Shown in pieces: positions 9,900 through 20,325 of a stretch of DNA of 64,000 nucleotides. Source of the stretch: a virus; IMG/VR virus record IMGVR_UViG_3300020420_000008, positions 82,610 through 146,609 of that record. One strand, given 5' to 3'. Below the pieces are notes generated by a model. That model saw nothing but the letters and a program-made list of their open reading frames with translations, was not told where the DNA came from and ran no database searches. Positions within the stretch are counted from its first letter, which is position 1. Each line of letters starts with the position of its first letter. The position numbers and the translations under genes were made by a program.

Positions 9900-11456
9900 A
9901 TGCCTAGTGTTAATGTAATAACCTTAAAACGGTCCGCCGTTAAGGGTAAAGTCCCTACAATTAGTAACCTGACTTCAGGTGAATTGGCAGTTAACACTAG
10001 AGATGGTAGACTATATTCAGCAAACACTACTCACGTATATGAAATAGGTGCAAATCCCCATAACCTAACAGTGGGTTCTGGTGGATTTTCTATTGCAAAT
10101 GGTAATATTACATTTCCTAGTGCAGATGGTACTGAAAATCAAATACTTAAAACAGATGGAGCAGGCACTCTTTCATTTCAAGATGCAGGCTCAATAGGTA
10201 CAACCAATCTAACTCTCACAGGTAATACAGCTTTCTCAGGCAACAATATCTTTGCTGGTACTGTTACTTTTAATGAAGAAGTAACATCAACACAACAATT
10301 TAACTTTGAAGGACCGGTTACATTTAAAGGTGACGCAGTTTATCAAGGTTCTTCAAGACACACCGCAAATGTTTCCATTCGTGCTTCTCTCGCTGTACAG
10401 CAATATGAATTTACATCTAATACAGGACAAACATTATTTAAAGGTACTTCAGATAGTCAAGGACTTTTAAGTTATACTCCTGGTAATATATCAGTATATA
10501 AAGATGGTATAAAATTACGTCCCACTATAGACTTTGCAGAAACGGATTCTGGCACTGTTACACTTCAAGACGGAACATCTAATAATAATATTATTACAAT
10601 TGAACAATATGGTTCAAATCATTTTCAACATTACACTTATGTTGCAACAAACGGACAAACAACATTTACAGGTGCTGACTCTACAGGAAAAACATTATCA
10701 TATACTGCACAAAATCCTTTAGGCGGTGGTGTTAAAGTATATCTAAACGGTGTAAGATTACGAGCAAATACAGATGTTGTAGCAACAAACGGAACAGATG
10801 TTGTTCTTCAAGATGGTACAAGTAATAATGATGTTGTGATGATTGAATCTTTAGGTGCTTATCCTTATCAATCATTTGAATATACAGCAATCAAGGGACA
10901 AACAACATTTAACGGACTTGATAGATTTGGTAAACAGTTAGAATATGAAATAGACAAAGCTACAGTCTACTTAAATGGTGTAAAACTTAAAGAAGGCACA
11001 GACTGGACTGCTATTAATGGTGAAAGAGTTGTATTACAAGAACCTGTTTCAAATAATGATGTTATAACTATTGACTCACATGGACCGGAACCTGCAATCC
11101 TTTCCGCTCAAAATGAAATTCATTATGCTAATACAACAGTTCTAAAAACAAAAGAGATTTTATTATTTGACGATTTATCATCAACAGTTGTAGATCAATT
11201 TCCTACAACAGATTTCATTTCAGCACAATATCTTATACAAGCTACAAATCCAAACGGCGTATCATTTGCCACCTACAATGTTGCACATGATAGAGGACAA
11301 TCATTCTTATCAGAATTTGGACGTATAAATAGCAATGGAAGTATTATGACAGTTACCTCAGATGTTTCTGAGAACTTGTTAAGAATTAAGGTTGAGCCAC
11401 AGACAACAAATACAAAGCTTAAAATTCAAGCTACAAGAATGAGGAAAGCAAGATAA
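9900..11456 (+). CDS. tail fibre protein with three tandem beta-domains
   Basis: Same N-terminal anchor motif as 6665; three repeats of 'GQTxF...VYxxGxxL...D...LQ...NNxxI'. Confidence 0.8.
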   Translation: MPSVNVITLKRSAVKGKVPTISNLTSGELAVNTRDGRLYSANTTHVYEIGANPHNLTVGSGGFSIANGNITFPSADGTENQILKTDGAGTLSFQDAGSIGTTNLTLTGNTAFSGNNIFAGTVTFNEEVTSTQQFNFEGPVTFKGDAVYQGSSRHTANVSIRASLAVQQYEFTSNTGQTLFKGTSDSQGLLSYTPGNISVYKDGIKLRPTIDFAETDSGTVTLQDGTSNNNIITIEQYGSNHFQHYTYVATNGQTTFTGADSTGKTLSYTAQNPLGGGVKVYLNGVRLRANTDVVATNGTDVVLQDGTSNNDVVMIESLGAYPYQSFEYTAIKGQTTFNGLDRFGKQLEYEIDKATVYLNGVKLKEGTDWTAINGERVVLQEPVSNNDVITIDSHGPEPAILSAQNEIHYANTTVLKTKEILLFDDLSSTVVDQFPTTDFISAQYLIQATNPNGVSFATYNVAHDRGQSFLSEFGRINSNGSIMTVTSDVSENLLRIKVEPQTTNTKLKIQATRMRKAR

Positions 11457-11818
11457 TGGCAAAGAGTAAGGCAAGAATATTTGCAGATTTAGCAGATAAG
11501 TATTCGCAAGTATCAACGACAGCAACAGGTACAGCAATACAAACAGTTGACTCTGTACAAGCTTTAGATACTAGTTCTGTAGTTTTTAATATTATGGCAA
11601 CAAAAGGAACCGACTTTCATTATTGTACTGTAGTAGTCGCTATGACTTCAGCTACAGATTGTGACTTTACACAGTTCGGTGATATTCAATCTTCTAATCT
11701 CGTTACTTTTACGGCAGACTCAGACATAGGTCCTCCTAGAATTTTAAGACTCAGAGCAACGCCTGCAACTACTGGTACCCTAAATCTAAAAATAACACGC
11801 ATAGGCGTTGCTAGATAA
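11456..11818 (+). CDS. small virion protein, similar to the C-terminal domain of the upstream fibre
   Basis: 'VD...FG.I.S...LR.R..P.T...LKI' pattern shared with the last ~90 aa of 9900..11456. Confidence 0.65.
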   Translation: MAKSKARIFADLADKYSQVSTTATGTAIQTVDSVQALDTSSVVFNIMATKGTDFHYCTVVVAMTSATDCDFTQFGDIQSSNLVTFTADSDIGPPRILRLRATPATTGTLNLKITRIGVAR

Positions 11819-11825
11819 CTCTTAT

Positions 11826-11833
11826 TATAAATA
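11826..11833 (+). promoter_or_regulatory. late promoter TATAAATA
   Basis: Exact consensus. Confidence 0.85.
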
Positions 11834-11861
11834 AGAGAAATTAGACGGATAGGGAAATCTA

Positions 11862-14800
11862 ATGGCATCTTCAAAAGAATTTGTAGTCAAACATGGTTTG
11901 GCTATTGGAACACCAAGCAATATAGTTTTCAATTCAAGCGGAGTTTTACAAGCTTCAGCAACGGCAAACGCAACAATCAATATAACAGGTTTCGATATTG
12001 ATGGTGCTACTGACATAGGAGCAGATTTAGTCGATGCTGATTTGCTCATTGTTGATGATGGTGCTGGAGGTACGAATAGAAAAACAGCACTATCAAGAAT
12101 CAAGAAATATGTTTACTCAGCCGTATCAGGTGACGCAACAGTAAGTGATACTGGTGCTTTAACAATCGCCGCCACATCAATTGAGAACTCTATGTTAGCA
12201 GGTTCTATTGCTAACGATAAATTGTCAAATTCTACAGTAAGCTTTGGTGGAGTTTCATTGGCACTCGGTGCGTCAGACGCAACACCAGCTTTTGATTTGT
12301 CAGATGCTACAAATTATCCCACAAGTTCTCTATCTGGTACTATCACAAACACACAGTTAGCAGGTTCTATTGCTAACTCAAAACTAACTAATTCAACTAT
12401 TACAGTTACAGATGGCTCTAACTCTACTGCAACAGCGTTAGGTGGTACAATAACTTTTTCTGGTACTGCAAACGAAACTACAGTCTCAGAAAGTTCAGGT
12501 ACAGTCACAGTAGGTTTACCAGATAATGTTACGTTAGCATCAAATCTAAACGTAGGAAAAAATGTAGTCATTAGTGGTAACTTAACAGTATCAGGAACAC
12601 AAACTGTAATAGACACTAATACTTTAAATGTTGGTGATAATATTATCACACTGAATAGTGATGAGACAGGTACACCATCACAAAATGCTGGTATCGAAGT
12701 CGAAAGAGGTACAGGTACAAACGTACAACTAAGATGGAATGAAACTTCAGATAAGTGGCAGTTTACAAATGATGGTTCTTCATATGAAGATATAGGTGCT
12801 GGTATCACAGTACAAGAAGAAGGTTCTGCATTATCAACGGCGGCTACTACATTAAACTTTGTAGGTTCGGCAGTTACAGCTACAGGTTCAGGTGCTACAA
12901 AAACAATTACAATAGCTGATAGTGATCTTGTTGCTGACACATCGCCTCAGTTAGGCGGCGACTTAGATTTAAATGGTAGTAGTATTATAGGTTCAGGACA
13001 TATTGATATTGGTGATAACAACAGATTGAAATTAGGTGCATCAGATGATTTACAAATATATCATGATGGTTCTCATAGTTATATCAATGAAACTGGTACT
13101 GGATATCTAATACTAAAGTCTAGTGAAATACAAATACAGTCTGATGGTGGTGAAGACATGGCTAAGTTTGAGCCAGATGGTTCAGTCAGACTTTATCACA
13201 ATAATGTAGAAAAAATTACAACAACTTCTGGTGGCGTCACAGTAGCTGGTAATATAGTTGTAACAGGAACAGTTGATGGTGTAGATGTGGCGGCTCTTAG
13301 CACATCAGTATCAGGTAAATTAACAGACGTAGTAGATGATACTTCACCTCAACTCGGTGGTAGCTTAGATGCACAAACAAATAATATAACAAATGTTGGT
13401 AAACTTGGTATTGGTACTACCAGTGTTGGTTCAGATTTTAGTTTACATGTTGAAAAATCTGGTGAAAATAATGTAATGATTACAGGTGATACGAGTACAT
13501 TAGGATCAAGATTAACACTAAAAAATACTAATACTGGTGCTAATGCCTTTAATCAGATTGAATTTGCAGATGCAGGTGGACAGTCTACAAGTGCTATCAC
13601 AGGATATAATACGGATCAATCAAATAACTATGGAGATTTAGCATTCTCTACAAGAGATGCACAAGGTTCACCACCAGCCGAAAGAGTTCGTATCAAAAGA
13701 GATGGTAAAGTTGGTATCGGAAAAACAAGTCCAAGTACAGCACTTGATGTAAATGGTACAGTTACAGCTACAGCTTTCGCCGGAGATGGTTCTGCATTAA
13801 CAGGTGTACCAAATAGTGTATCAAATGGTAGTAACGATAGAATACTTACATCAACTGGTGGAAATGGAATAAATGCTGAATCAGACTTTCAGTTCGATGG
13901 TACCAACGTATTCATTCCAGCTGAAATCAGACATATTGGAGATCCAGATACTAAACTAGGATTTACTACTGATACAATTACATTGACTGCTGGTGGAGTT
14001 GCCATACAAACGATGACATCTTCTCAGATAAAAATTATTGATAGTAAAGAATTGGCGTTTGGTACTGCTGACGATATGACATTGATGCATGATGGTACTA
14101 ATTCTGAAATTAGAAACAGAACTGGTGAACTACAAGTCAGAGCAAACACCATAAAATTAAAAAATAATGATAATAACGAAACTTATCTCTCTGGTGTAAA
14201 TGGTGGCGCTGTAGAACTTTATCATAATAACATTAAGAAATTAGAAACAACATCAACAGGTGCTACAGTAACAGGAGCAGTTGTAGCTACAACTGCACAA
14301 ATAGGTGGTACAGATGGTGTTGCTGTATCACAAGGTGCAATATCTATCAAGAATGGTGGCGCTCAATCATATATAGATTTCTACTGCGAATCATCAAACG
14401 CACATTATGCTAGACTACTAGCTCCTGCACATGCTGACTTTTCTGGTAATATTTCTATTACTCTTCCTTCAGGAGATGATACACTTGTTGGTAGAGCAAC
14501 GACAGATACATTAACAAATAAAACACTAACATCTCCTAATATAACTACGCCATCTATATCTGATCCTACTGTTACAGGTAAAGCAGATATGGCTACTGTT
14601 CAATTAGATACTATAGCAGTAGAAAATCCAGCATCACATCACACATATACAACAACAGTTGCAAGTAAAACTTCAGCACACCCGTATACAGGACAAGGTT
14701 CTTCAAGTGCATATTTCTTAGATGGTAAAGAATCACCATCTATAGTTCTAGCACCAAATATGACATATAGATTCGATCAAGCTGATAATACAAACAATGG

Positions 14801-17054
14801 ACACCCTTTACGATTTTATCTAGATGCCGCCAAGACTACAGCTTATACAACTGGTGTTACAAATAATGGAACTCCAGGAAGTTCAGGTGCGTATACACAG
14901 ATTGTTGTGACAGATGCAACTCCACCAGTTCTTTACTACCAATGTTCAGCACATGGCTACATGGGTTCTGTTGCTTCATCTCTTACAGAGGGTACAACAG
15001 ATCATCTAACAGAAGGCTCAACAAATCTATACTACACAGATGCTAGAGTTAATACACATTTAAATACAGGTTCTGCATCTTCAGGACAAATTCTTGGTTG
15101 GAATGGAAGCGACTTTGCTTGGCAAGCCGATGGTGGTGGTAGTGCTATCACAATTCAAGATGAAGGTTCTTCATTATCAACAGCCGCCTCAACAATTAAC
15201 TTTGTAGGTGCTGGAGTTACTGCATCAGGTACAGGTGCAACAAAGACTATCACAATTTCAGGTGGTGGTGGAGGTAGTTCGCTTTCCGTTAAAGATGAGG
15301 GTTCTGCGTTATCAACAGCCGCCACAACACTAAACTTTGTAGGTGCTGGAGTTGTTGCTTCTGGTACAGGTGCTGAGAAAACAATTACTATAGCTGGCGG
15401 TGGTAGTGGCATTACAGTACAAGACGAAGGCTCAGCACTATCTACATCTGGAACGACATTAAATTTTGTCGGCTCAGGTGTTACAGCATCAGGTACAGGT
15501 GCAACTAAAACAATAACAATCTCTGGTGGTGGTGGAGGTTCAGGTGGTTCTACAGGCATTGGAGGACAATTTACTACTGGAACTGGTAATGGTTCAACAA
15601 CAGCATTTACATCACCTGTTAATACAAACTTAGCGAATAATCTTATTGTGTCTGTAGATGGAATAATGCAACGTCCGACAACAGACTACACAGTATCAGG
15701 TACAACAGTCACTTTTGGCACTGCACCACCTACGGGAACAGCAGTTATGGTTCGTTCTTTCCAAGGTGCGATGAGTTCAAAAGCAGACTTTACTATACAA
15801 AACTTTACAGCTAATGGTTCTAATACTGTTTATAAACTAGCAGAGTCAGTAACAAGTGGAGATCACGTATTAGTATCTATTAATGGTATCATTCAAAGAA
15901 ATGCAACTGATTATACTTATAGTACAGCCACTGGAAATATTACTTTCGATGCCGCCCCAACATCAGGCGACATAATTAGTTTTAGAACTTTTGACTTACA
16001 ACAAAGCACTTCTGCTACTGTAAGTGATACTGCACCAACTAATCCTAGAAATGGTGATTTTTGGTTTGACTCATCGTCAGCTAAATTGTATATGCGATAT
16101 GAAGATGGCAGTTCTAATCAGTGGGTATCATTGAGTGTTTCAGGTACAGATGGTTCAGATGGTTCAGGAGCTGTTACATCTTATACTAACTTAGCTGGAT
16201 TTCCTAGTTCTGGTAACAGTGTAGGAGATTTTGCTTTTGCACAAGATACAAAAGCAATATATCATTGGGACGGCACTGAATGGGATAGAATCAACGCAGG
16301 TGGTGATGAGAATCCTAGATTAACAACAACACCAGCAACAACGCTTTCACTAGATGGTTCAACTGGAGCTAATGGAACATTAGTAATTGCCGCCTCAGAT
16401 CCAGAGGGTTTTCCAATCACGTATTCACATGACACGAATCCAGCAAGTCCCAATCAAGTAACAAGTATTACAAACTCTGGCGGTACATTTACAGTAGTAC
16501 CATCGACAAACTCAGCACATGCTGGTACTTTTACACTAAGATTGAAAGCAAGTGATGGTGTACACATTACATCTCACGCAGTAGCTGTCACTCTAGCATT
16601 CATTAAGTCATATAGGTATATTAAAGTAGTAATAAATTCTGTACAAGGCGGAGGAACCCAAGCCCAAGTTACAGAATTGTCAATTGCTGATAATTCACAG
16701 ACAACTTCTCAAGTTACGGCGGCTAGTTTTACATCTTATGGAACATCGGCTCCAGATCCAAACACTCATTTAAATACTAACTCTACTGGAACAAGTAGTT
16801 CTCACACTAACTTAAATTTTACTGGTGGAACTTGGACGGCAGAAATTGACTTAGGAAATACATATGATGTAGGAACAGGAATTAAATACCTACAAGTAGG
16901 TACATCAGATGATGCTAATCGTTTTCCTAATAGTGTTACTGTATATGGTGCAAATCAATCAAATTATTCTGATCAAGAAGCAATAGTAACAAATGCTAGT
17001 GTTCCAGCATATAATGGTGTCCGTCAAATGAGACTTGTAGATTTGGATTCATAG
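11862..17054 (+). CDS. large mosaic tail fibre/adhesin (1730 aa)
   Basis: Fibre motifs, four EGSxLST...TLNFVG...KTITI repeats, a cupredoxin-like domain and a C-terminal discoidin-like tip (YRYIKVVI). Confidence 0.8.
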   Translation: MASSKEFVVKHGLAIGTPSNIVFNSSGVLQASATANATINITGFDIDGATDIGADLVDADLLIVDDGAGGTNRKTALSRIKKYVYSAVSGDATVSDTGALTIAATSIENSMLAGSIANDKLSNSTVSFGGVSLALGASDATPAFDLSDATNYPTSSLSGTITNTQLAGSIANSKLTNSTITVTDGSNSTATALGGTITFSGTANETTVSESSGTVTVGLPDNVTLASNLNVGKNVVISGNLTVSGTQTVIDTNTLNVGDNIITLNSDETGTPSQNAGIEVERGTGTNVQLRWNETSDKWQFTNDGSSYEDIGAGITVQEEGSALSTAATTLNFVGSAVTATGSGATKTITIADSDLVADTSPQLGGDLDLNGSSIIGSGHIDIGDNNRLKLGASDDLQIYHDGSHSYINETGTGYLILKSSEIQIQSDGGEDMAKFEPDGSVRLYHNNVEKITTTSGGVTVAGNIVVTGTVDGVDVAALSTSVSGKLTDVVDDTSPQLGGSLDAQTNNITNVGKLGIGTTSVGSDFSLHVEKSGENNVMITGDTSTLGSRLTLKNTNTGANAFNQIEFADAGGQSTSAITGYNTDQSNNYGDLAFSTRDAQGSPPAERVRIKRDGKVGIGKTSPSTALDVNGTVTATAFAGDGSALTGVPNSVSNGSNDRILTSTGGNGINAESDFQFDGTNVFIPAEIRHIGDPDTKLGFTTDTITLTAGGVAIQTMTSSQIKIIDSKELAFGTADDMTLMHDGTNSEIRNRTGELQVRANTIKLKNNDNNETYLSGVNGGAVELYHNNIKKLETTSTGATVTGAVVATTAQIGGTDGVAVSQGAISIKNGGAQSYIDFYCESSNAHYARLLAPAHADFSGNISITLPSGDDTLVGRATTDTLTNKTLTSPNITTPSISDPTVTGKADMATVQLDTIAVENPASHHTYTTTVASKTSAHPYTGQGSSSAYFLDGKESPSIVLAPNMTYRFDQADNTNNGHPLRFYLDAAKTTAYTTGVTNNGTPGSSGAYTQIVVTDATPPVLYYQCSAHGYMGSVASSLTEGTTDHLTEGSTNLYYTDARVNTHLNTGSASSGQILGWNGSDFAWQADGGGSAITIQDEGSSLSTAASTINFVGAGVTASGTGATKTITISGGGGGSSLSVKDEGSALSTAATTLNFVGAGVVASGTGAEKTITIAGGGSGITVQDEGSALSTSGTTLNFVGSGVTASGTGATKTITISGGGGGSGGSTGIGGQFTTGTGNGSTTAFTSPVNTNLANNLIVSVDGIMQRPTTDYTVSGTTVTFGTAPPTGTAVMVRSFQGAMSSKADFTIQNFTANGSNTVYKLAESVTSGDHVLVSINGIIQRNATDYTYSTATGNITFDAAPTSGDIISFRTFDLQQSTSATVSDTAPTNPRNGDFWFDSSSAKLYMRYEDGSSNQWVSLSVSGTDGSDGSGAVTSYTNLAGFPSSGNSVGDFAFAQDTKAIYHWDGTEWDRINAGGDENPRLTTTPATTLSLDGSTGANGTLVIAASDPEGFPITYSHDTNPASPNQVTSITNSGGTFTVVPSTNSAHAGTFTLRLKASDGVHITSHAVAVTLAFIKSYRYIKVVINSVQGGGTQAQVTELSIADNSQTTSQVTAASFTSYGTSAPDPNTHLNTNSTGTSSSHTNLNFTGGTWTAEIDLGNTYDVGTGIKYLQVGTSDDANRFPNSVTVYGANQSNYSDQEAIVTNASVPAYNGVRQMRLVDLDS
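15150..15530 (+). repeat. three tandem ~42-codon repeats (DEGSxLSTxxxTxNFVGxGVxASGTGAxKTITI), with a fourth copy near 12805-12915
   Basis: Visible in both protein and DNA. Confidence 0.85.
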
Positions 17055-17076
17055 TAAGAAGATAGGAGAATAGAAA

Positions 17077-18321
17077 ATGGCATTAAACTTTCCAGATAGT
17101 CCAAGCAACGGAGATGTTGCACATGGATTCACTTATAATTCAACTAAAGGTGTTTGGGAAGCGAATAGAGATGCGGTTGTAAGTGATACTGCACCAAGTA
17201 ATCCTAGAAATGGTGAGTTCTGGTTTGACTCAACAACAGCTAAACTATATGTTCGTTATGAAGATGGTGATTCTAATCAATGGGTAACTGTAAACGGAGC
17301 AGACGGAGCCGCCGGTGCCTCTGCAACACCAACTGTATATGCAAATACTTCTGTGTTACCATCTTCTGGTAACTCAACAGGAGATTTAGCTTTCGCAACA
17401 CTTACAAAATCTCTACATGTTTGGGACGGTTCTGAGTGGGATAGAATTAGTTCAGGTGGTGATGAGATTCCTACATTGACAACAACACCAGCATCAACTC
17501 ATAGTTTAAATAGTGATGGAACAAATACGGCAATAACAATTGCCGCCTCAGATCCAGATGGTTTTCCAATTACATACTCACATGACACGAATCCAGCAAG
17601 TCCTAATCAGGTAACTAATATCGTAAATAATAATGGAGTGTTCACATTAGTACCTTCAACTAACAATGCACATGCTGGTAACTTTACACTAAGATTAAAA
17701 GCAAGTGATGGTGTTAGTATTAAATCTCATTCAATAAACGTGGGATTATCTTTCAATACTACATTTACTTTTGATACTTCTGAGTCTACTATTAATACTA
17801 ATTATACTGGTGATAATAAAGTAGAAGTGGTAGTGTCGGCAGGTAGTGCATCGGCAACAGCACAACAGTCTGGTAAACTCGGTAAAGGTTATATTGAATT
17901 TAAAATGATTAGCATATTTAGTACACTCATGGTAGGTGTACAAGTTGGAACAAATACAGGTGGTTACAATGCTTCAACTGGACACTACACTTATGCTTCC
18001 AATGGTGGTGGATATCCAGGAGGTTATGGTGCAACGCCAGGAGGTAGTGGAGGATTTACTAATAATGATATAATAATGTTAGCTTATGATACAGAAGCCG
18101 GTTCAAATGGACAAGTTTGGTGGGGTAAAAATGGAACTTGGAGATCCGGTGTAGTGCCAGGAACTAATGCAGGAAACGATTTAGGCACAGATTCAAGTTC
18201 GGTTGGACTTCAGCCTGCTTTTCATAATGGTTCTAGTAGTTCTGGTACTGCTCAAGTAGAACTCATAAGTCATACACAAGGCGCACAATATACAATACCA
18301 ACTGGTTGGAGTTTAGCGTAA
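17077..18321 (+). CDS. adhesin/receptor-binding protein with SPRY/ConA-like tip, paralog A
   Basis: MALNFP N-terminus, cadherin-like SDPDGFPITYS module, C-terminal 'GKGYIEF...VWWGKNGTW...IPTGW'. Confidence 0.75.
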   Translation: MALNFPDSPSNGDVAHGFTYNSTKGVWEANRDAVVSDTAPSNPRNGEFWFDSTTAKLYVRYEDGDSNQWVTVNGADGAAGASATPTVYANTSVLPSSGNSTGDLAFATLTKSLHVWDGSEWDRISSGGDEIPTLTTTPASTHSLNSDGTNTAITIAASDPDGFPITYSHDTNPASPNQVTNIVNNNGVFTLVPSTNNAHAGNFTLRLKASDGVSIKSHSINVGLSFNTTFTFDTSESTINTNYTGDNKVEVVVSAGSASATAQQSGKLGKGYIEFKMISIFSTLMVGVQVGTNTGGYNASTGHYTYASNGGGYPGGYGATPGGSGGFTNNDIIMLAYDTEAGSNGQVWWGKNGTWRSGVVPGTNAGNDLGTDSSSVGLQPAFHNGSSSSGTAQVELISHTQGAQYTIPTGWSLA

Positions 18322-18344
18322 TTAATAGGGTAGGAGAATAATAA

Positions 18345-19451
18345 ATGGCATTAAACTTTCCAAATAGTCCAAGCAACGGAGCTACAGCACATGGATTCAC
18401 TTATAATTCTAGTAAAGGCGTTTGGAACTCAGGAGGAGTTGCTGATACTGCGGTAACAGTATACGCAAACTTGGCGGCATTTCCTAGTTCAGGTAATACT
18501 GTTGGAGATTATGCTTTTGCTACAAATACGAAAGCATTATATGTCTGGGACGGAGCAGAATGGGATAGAATAAGCACTGGTAATAACGAAACACCAAGAC
18601 TGACTACAACACCAGCATCAACACATGATTTAAGTGGTAGTGGATCGAATACACAAATAACAATTGCCGCCTCAGATCCTGAAGGATTTCCTGTTACCTA
18701 TTCATATGATACAAATCCAGCAAATCCAAATCAGATAACCAATGTTGTTGAGAATAATGGTGTATTTACATTAGTACCTTCAACTAATAATGCACATGCT
18801 GGTAGCTTCACATTGAGACTCAAGGCAAATGATGGTGTTTCAACTATTTCTCACCCTATAACTGTGTCGTTAGCTTTCAATACCACATTTACATTTAATA
18901 CATCTAGTTCTGTTATCAATAGTAATTATACTGCTAATAATAAACTTGAAGCTTATGTGCAGAACTCTGATGCACCTGCGGTATCATCACAATCTGGTAA
19001 ACTTGGTAAAGGCTACCTCGAAATCAAATTTATTAGTACTACTAATTCCGCAGATCCAATGTTAGGTTTACAAGTCGGAACAAGTACAGGTAAATATCAT
19101 CAGGGTGGTGCATGGATTCACGTTGTCAATGGTAAAGGTTGGCCCAGTAACGATTACGCATATGGACTTGGTGGATCCGGATCTAACTCTATTGGCGTTA
19201 ATGATATATTAATGATAGCTTATGATACAGCCGCCGGTTCGAACGGACAAGTTTGGTTTGGTAAAAATGGAACTTGGGGTAGGAATCCAGCATCTACTAC
19301 AGGATATGGTGTTAATGCCGATTCAAGTTCGGCTGGATTTCGTGTTGCGGTTGATGGGACAAATGCTTCAAAACAAACGCATCAAATAGAAATCATAAGT
19401 CACACTCAAGGCGCTCAATATACAATACCAACTGGTTGGGCTCTAGCATAA
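18345..19451 (+). CDS. adhesin/receptor-binding protein with SPRY/ConA-like tip, paralog B
   Basis: Collinear paralog of 17077..18321 with the same RBS context and near-identical 3' end. Confidence 0.75.
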   Translation: MALNFPNSPSNGATAHGFTYNSSKGVWNSGGVADTAVTVYANLAAFPSSGNTVGDYAFATNTKALYVWDGAEWDRISTGNNETPRLTTTPASTHDLSGSGSNTQITIAASDPEGFPVTYSYDTNPANPNQITNVVENNGVFTLVPSTNNAHAGSFTLRLKANDGVSTISHPITVSLAFNTTFTFNTSSSVINSNYTANNKLEAYVQNSDAPAVSSQSGKLGKGYLEIKFISTTNSADPMLGLQVGTSTGKYHQGGAWIHVVNGKGWPSNDYAYGLGGSGSNSIGVNDILMIAYDTAAGSNGQVWFGKNGTWGRNPASTTGYGVNADSSSAGFRVAVDGTNASKQTHQIEIISHTQGAQYTIPTGWALA

Positions 19452-19461
19452 CGTATGCTAT

Positions 19462-19469
19462 TATAAATA
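19462..19469 (+). promoter_or_regulatory. late promoter TATAAATA
   Basis: Exact consensus. Confidence 0.85.
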
Positions 19470-19489
19470 GAGAAAAAGGAATATAAAGC

Positions 19490-20278
19490 ATGGTACAGAA
19501 AGTTCCATTTACATCGATAAAAGCTAGTGGTAAAATTGCAAGTACGGGCAATGCTAATATTGACATTGAGCCACATGGAACGGGTGATGTTCTAATAGGT
19601 AATTTTCACTTTGATGCAGATCAATCTATAACTAATTCAAATGACAATCATGTGTTAACATATGATCACAGTGGAGGAAAAATAAGTTTAGAAGCTTCTT
19701 TATCTGATGTTGTTTCTGATACGAGTCCACAATTAGGCGGTAGTTTAGATGTAAATGGAAATAAAATTGTTTCAACAAGCGGTGCTGATATTGATATTGA
19801 ACCTAATGGTACAGGTGATGTTTTACTAGGTAATTTTAAATTTGATGCTGATCAATCTATAACTAATTCTAATGACAATCACGTACTGACATACGATCAT
19901 AGTGCAGGTAAAATAAGTTTAGAAGCTGTCTCAGGTGGAGGTGGAGGAGAAGGCGCCAACATAGTTACGCTAAATCAGAATGGTAATGTTACTATACATA
20001 CAGGCACTGCTAGATGGTATGCGCCTTACAATTTAACTATAAGCAAAATAGATGCAAGAGTAGATACGGCACCTACTGGAGCAAGTATCAATATCACAAT
20101 AAAGAAAAACGGTTCATCGGCGGCAACTATGTCTATCGCCGCCAGTGCAGTAAAAGCAGAAAACACTACAGGCTTTTCTATGAGTGAAGATGATTATTTA
20201 ACAGTAGATACTACTCAAATAGGTTCAACTGATCCAGGTACAAATTTGAAAATTATCTTTCACTATGCTCAAGCATAG
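19490..20278 (+). CDS. tail-associated protein with internal duplication
   Basis: IDIEPxGTGDVLxGNFxFDADQSITNSNDNHVLTYDHSxGKISLEA occurs twice; DTSPQLGG motif. Confidence 0.7.
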   Translation: MVQKVPFTSIKASGKIASTGNANIDIEPHGTGDVLIGNFHFDADQSITNSNDNHVLTYDHSGGKISLEASLSDVVSDTSPQLGGSLDVNGNKIVSTSGADIDIEPNGTGDVLLGNFKFDADQSITNSNDNHVLTYDHSAGKISLEAVSGGGGGEGANIVTLNQNGNVTIHTGTARWYAPYNLTISKIDARVDTAPTGASINITIKKNGSSAATMSIAASAVKAENTTGFSMSEDDYLTVDTTQIGSTDPGTNLKIIFHYAQA

Positions 20279-20284
20279 AATAAA

Positions 20285-20292
20285 TATAAATA
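20285..20292 (+). promoter_or_regulatory. late promoter TATAAATA
   Basis: Exact consensus. Confidence 0.8.
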
Positions 20293-20325
20293 GGGTATTA
20301 AATTTAAAAAAACGGAGATTAAAAA

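Noticed and set aside
15150-15530. CRISPR-like periodic repeats
   Set aside because: Degenerate in-frame protein repeats without unique spacers; no cas genes.
2412-16453. Many minus-strand ORFs over the tail-fibre genes
   Set aside because: They mirror the sense frame of Gly/Thr/Ser/Ala-rich genes; no RBS, promoters or recognisable motifs.
17077-19451. Diversity-generating retroelement (TR/VR) between the paralog 3' ends
   Set aside because: Differences are not adenine-specific, both copies are intact genes, and there is no reverse transcriptase in the window.
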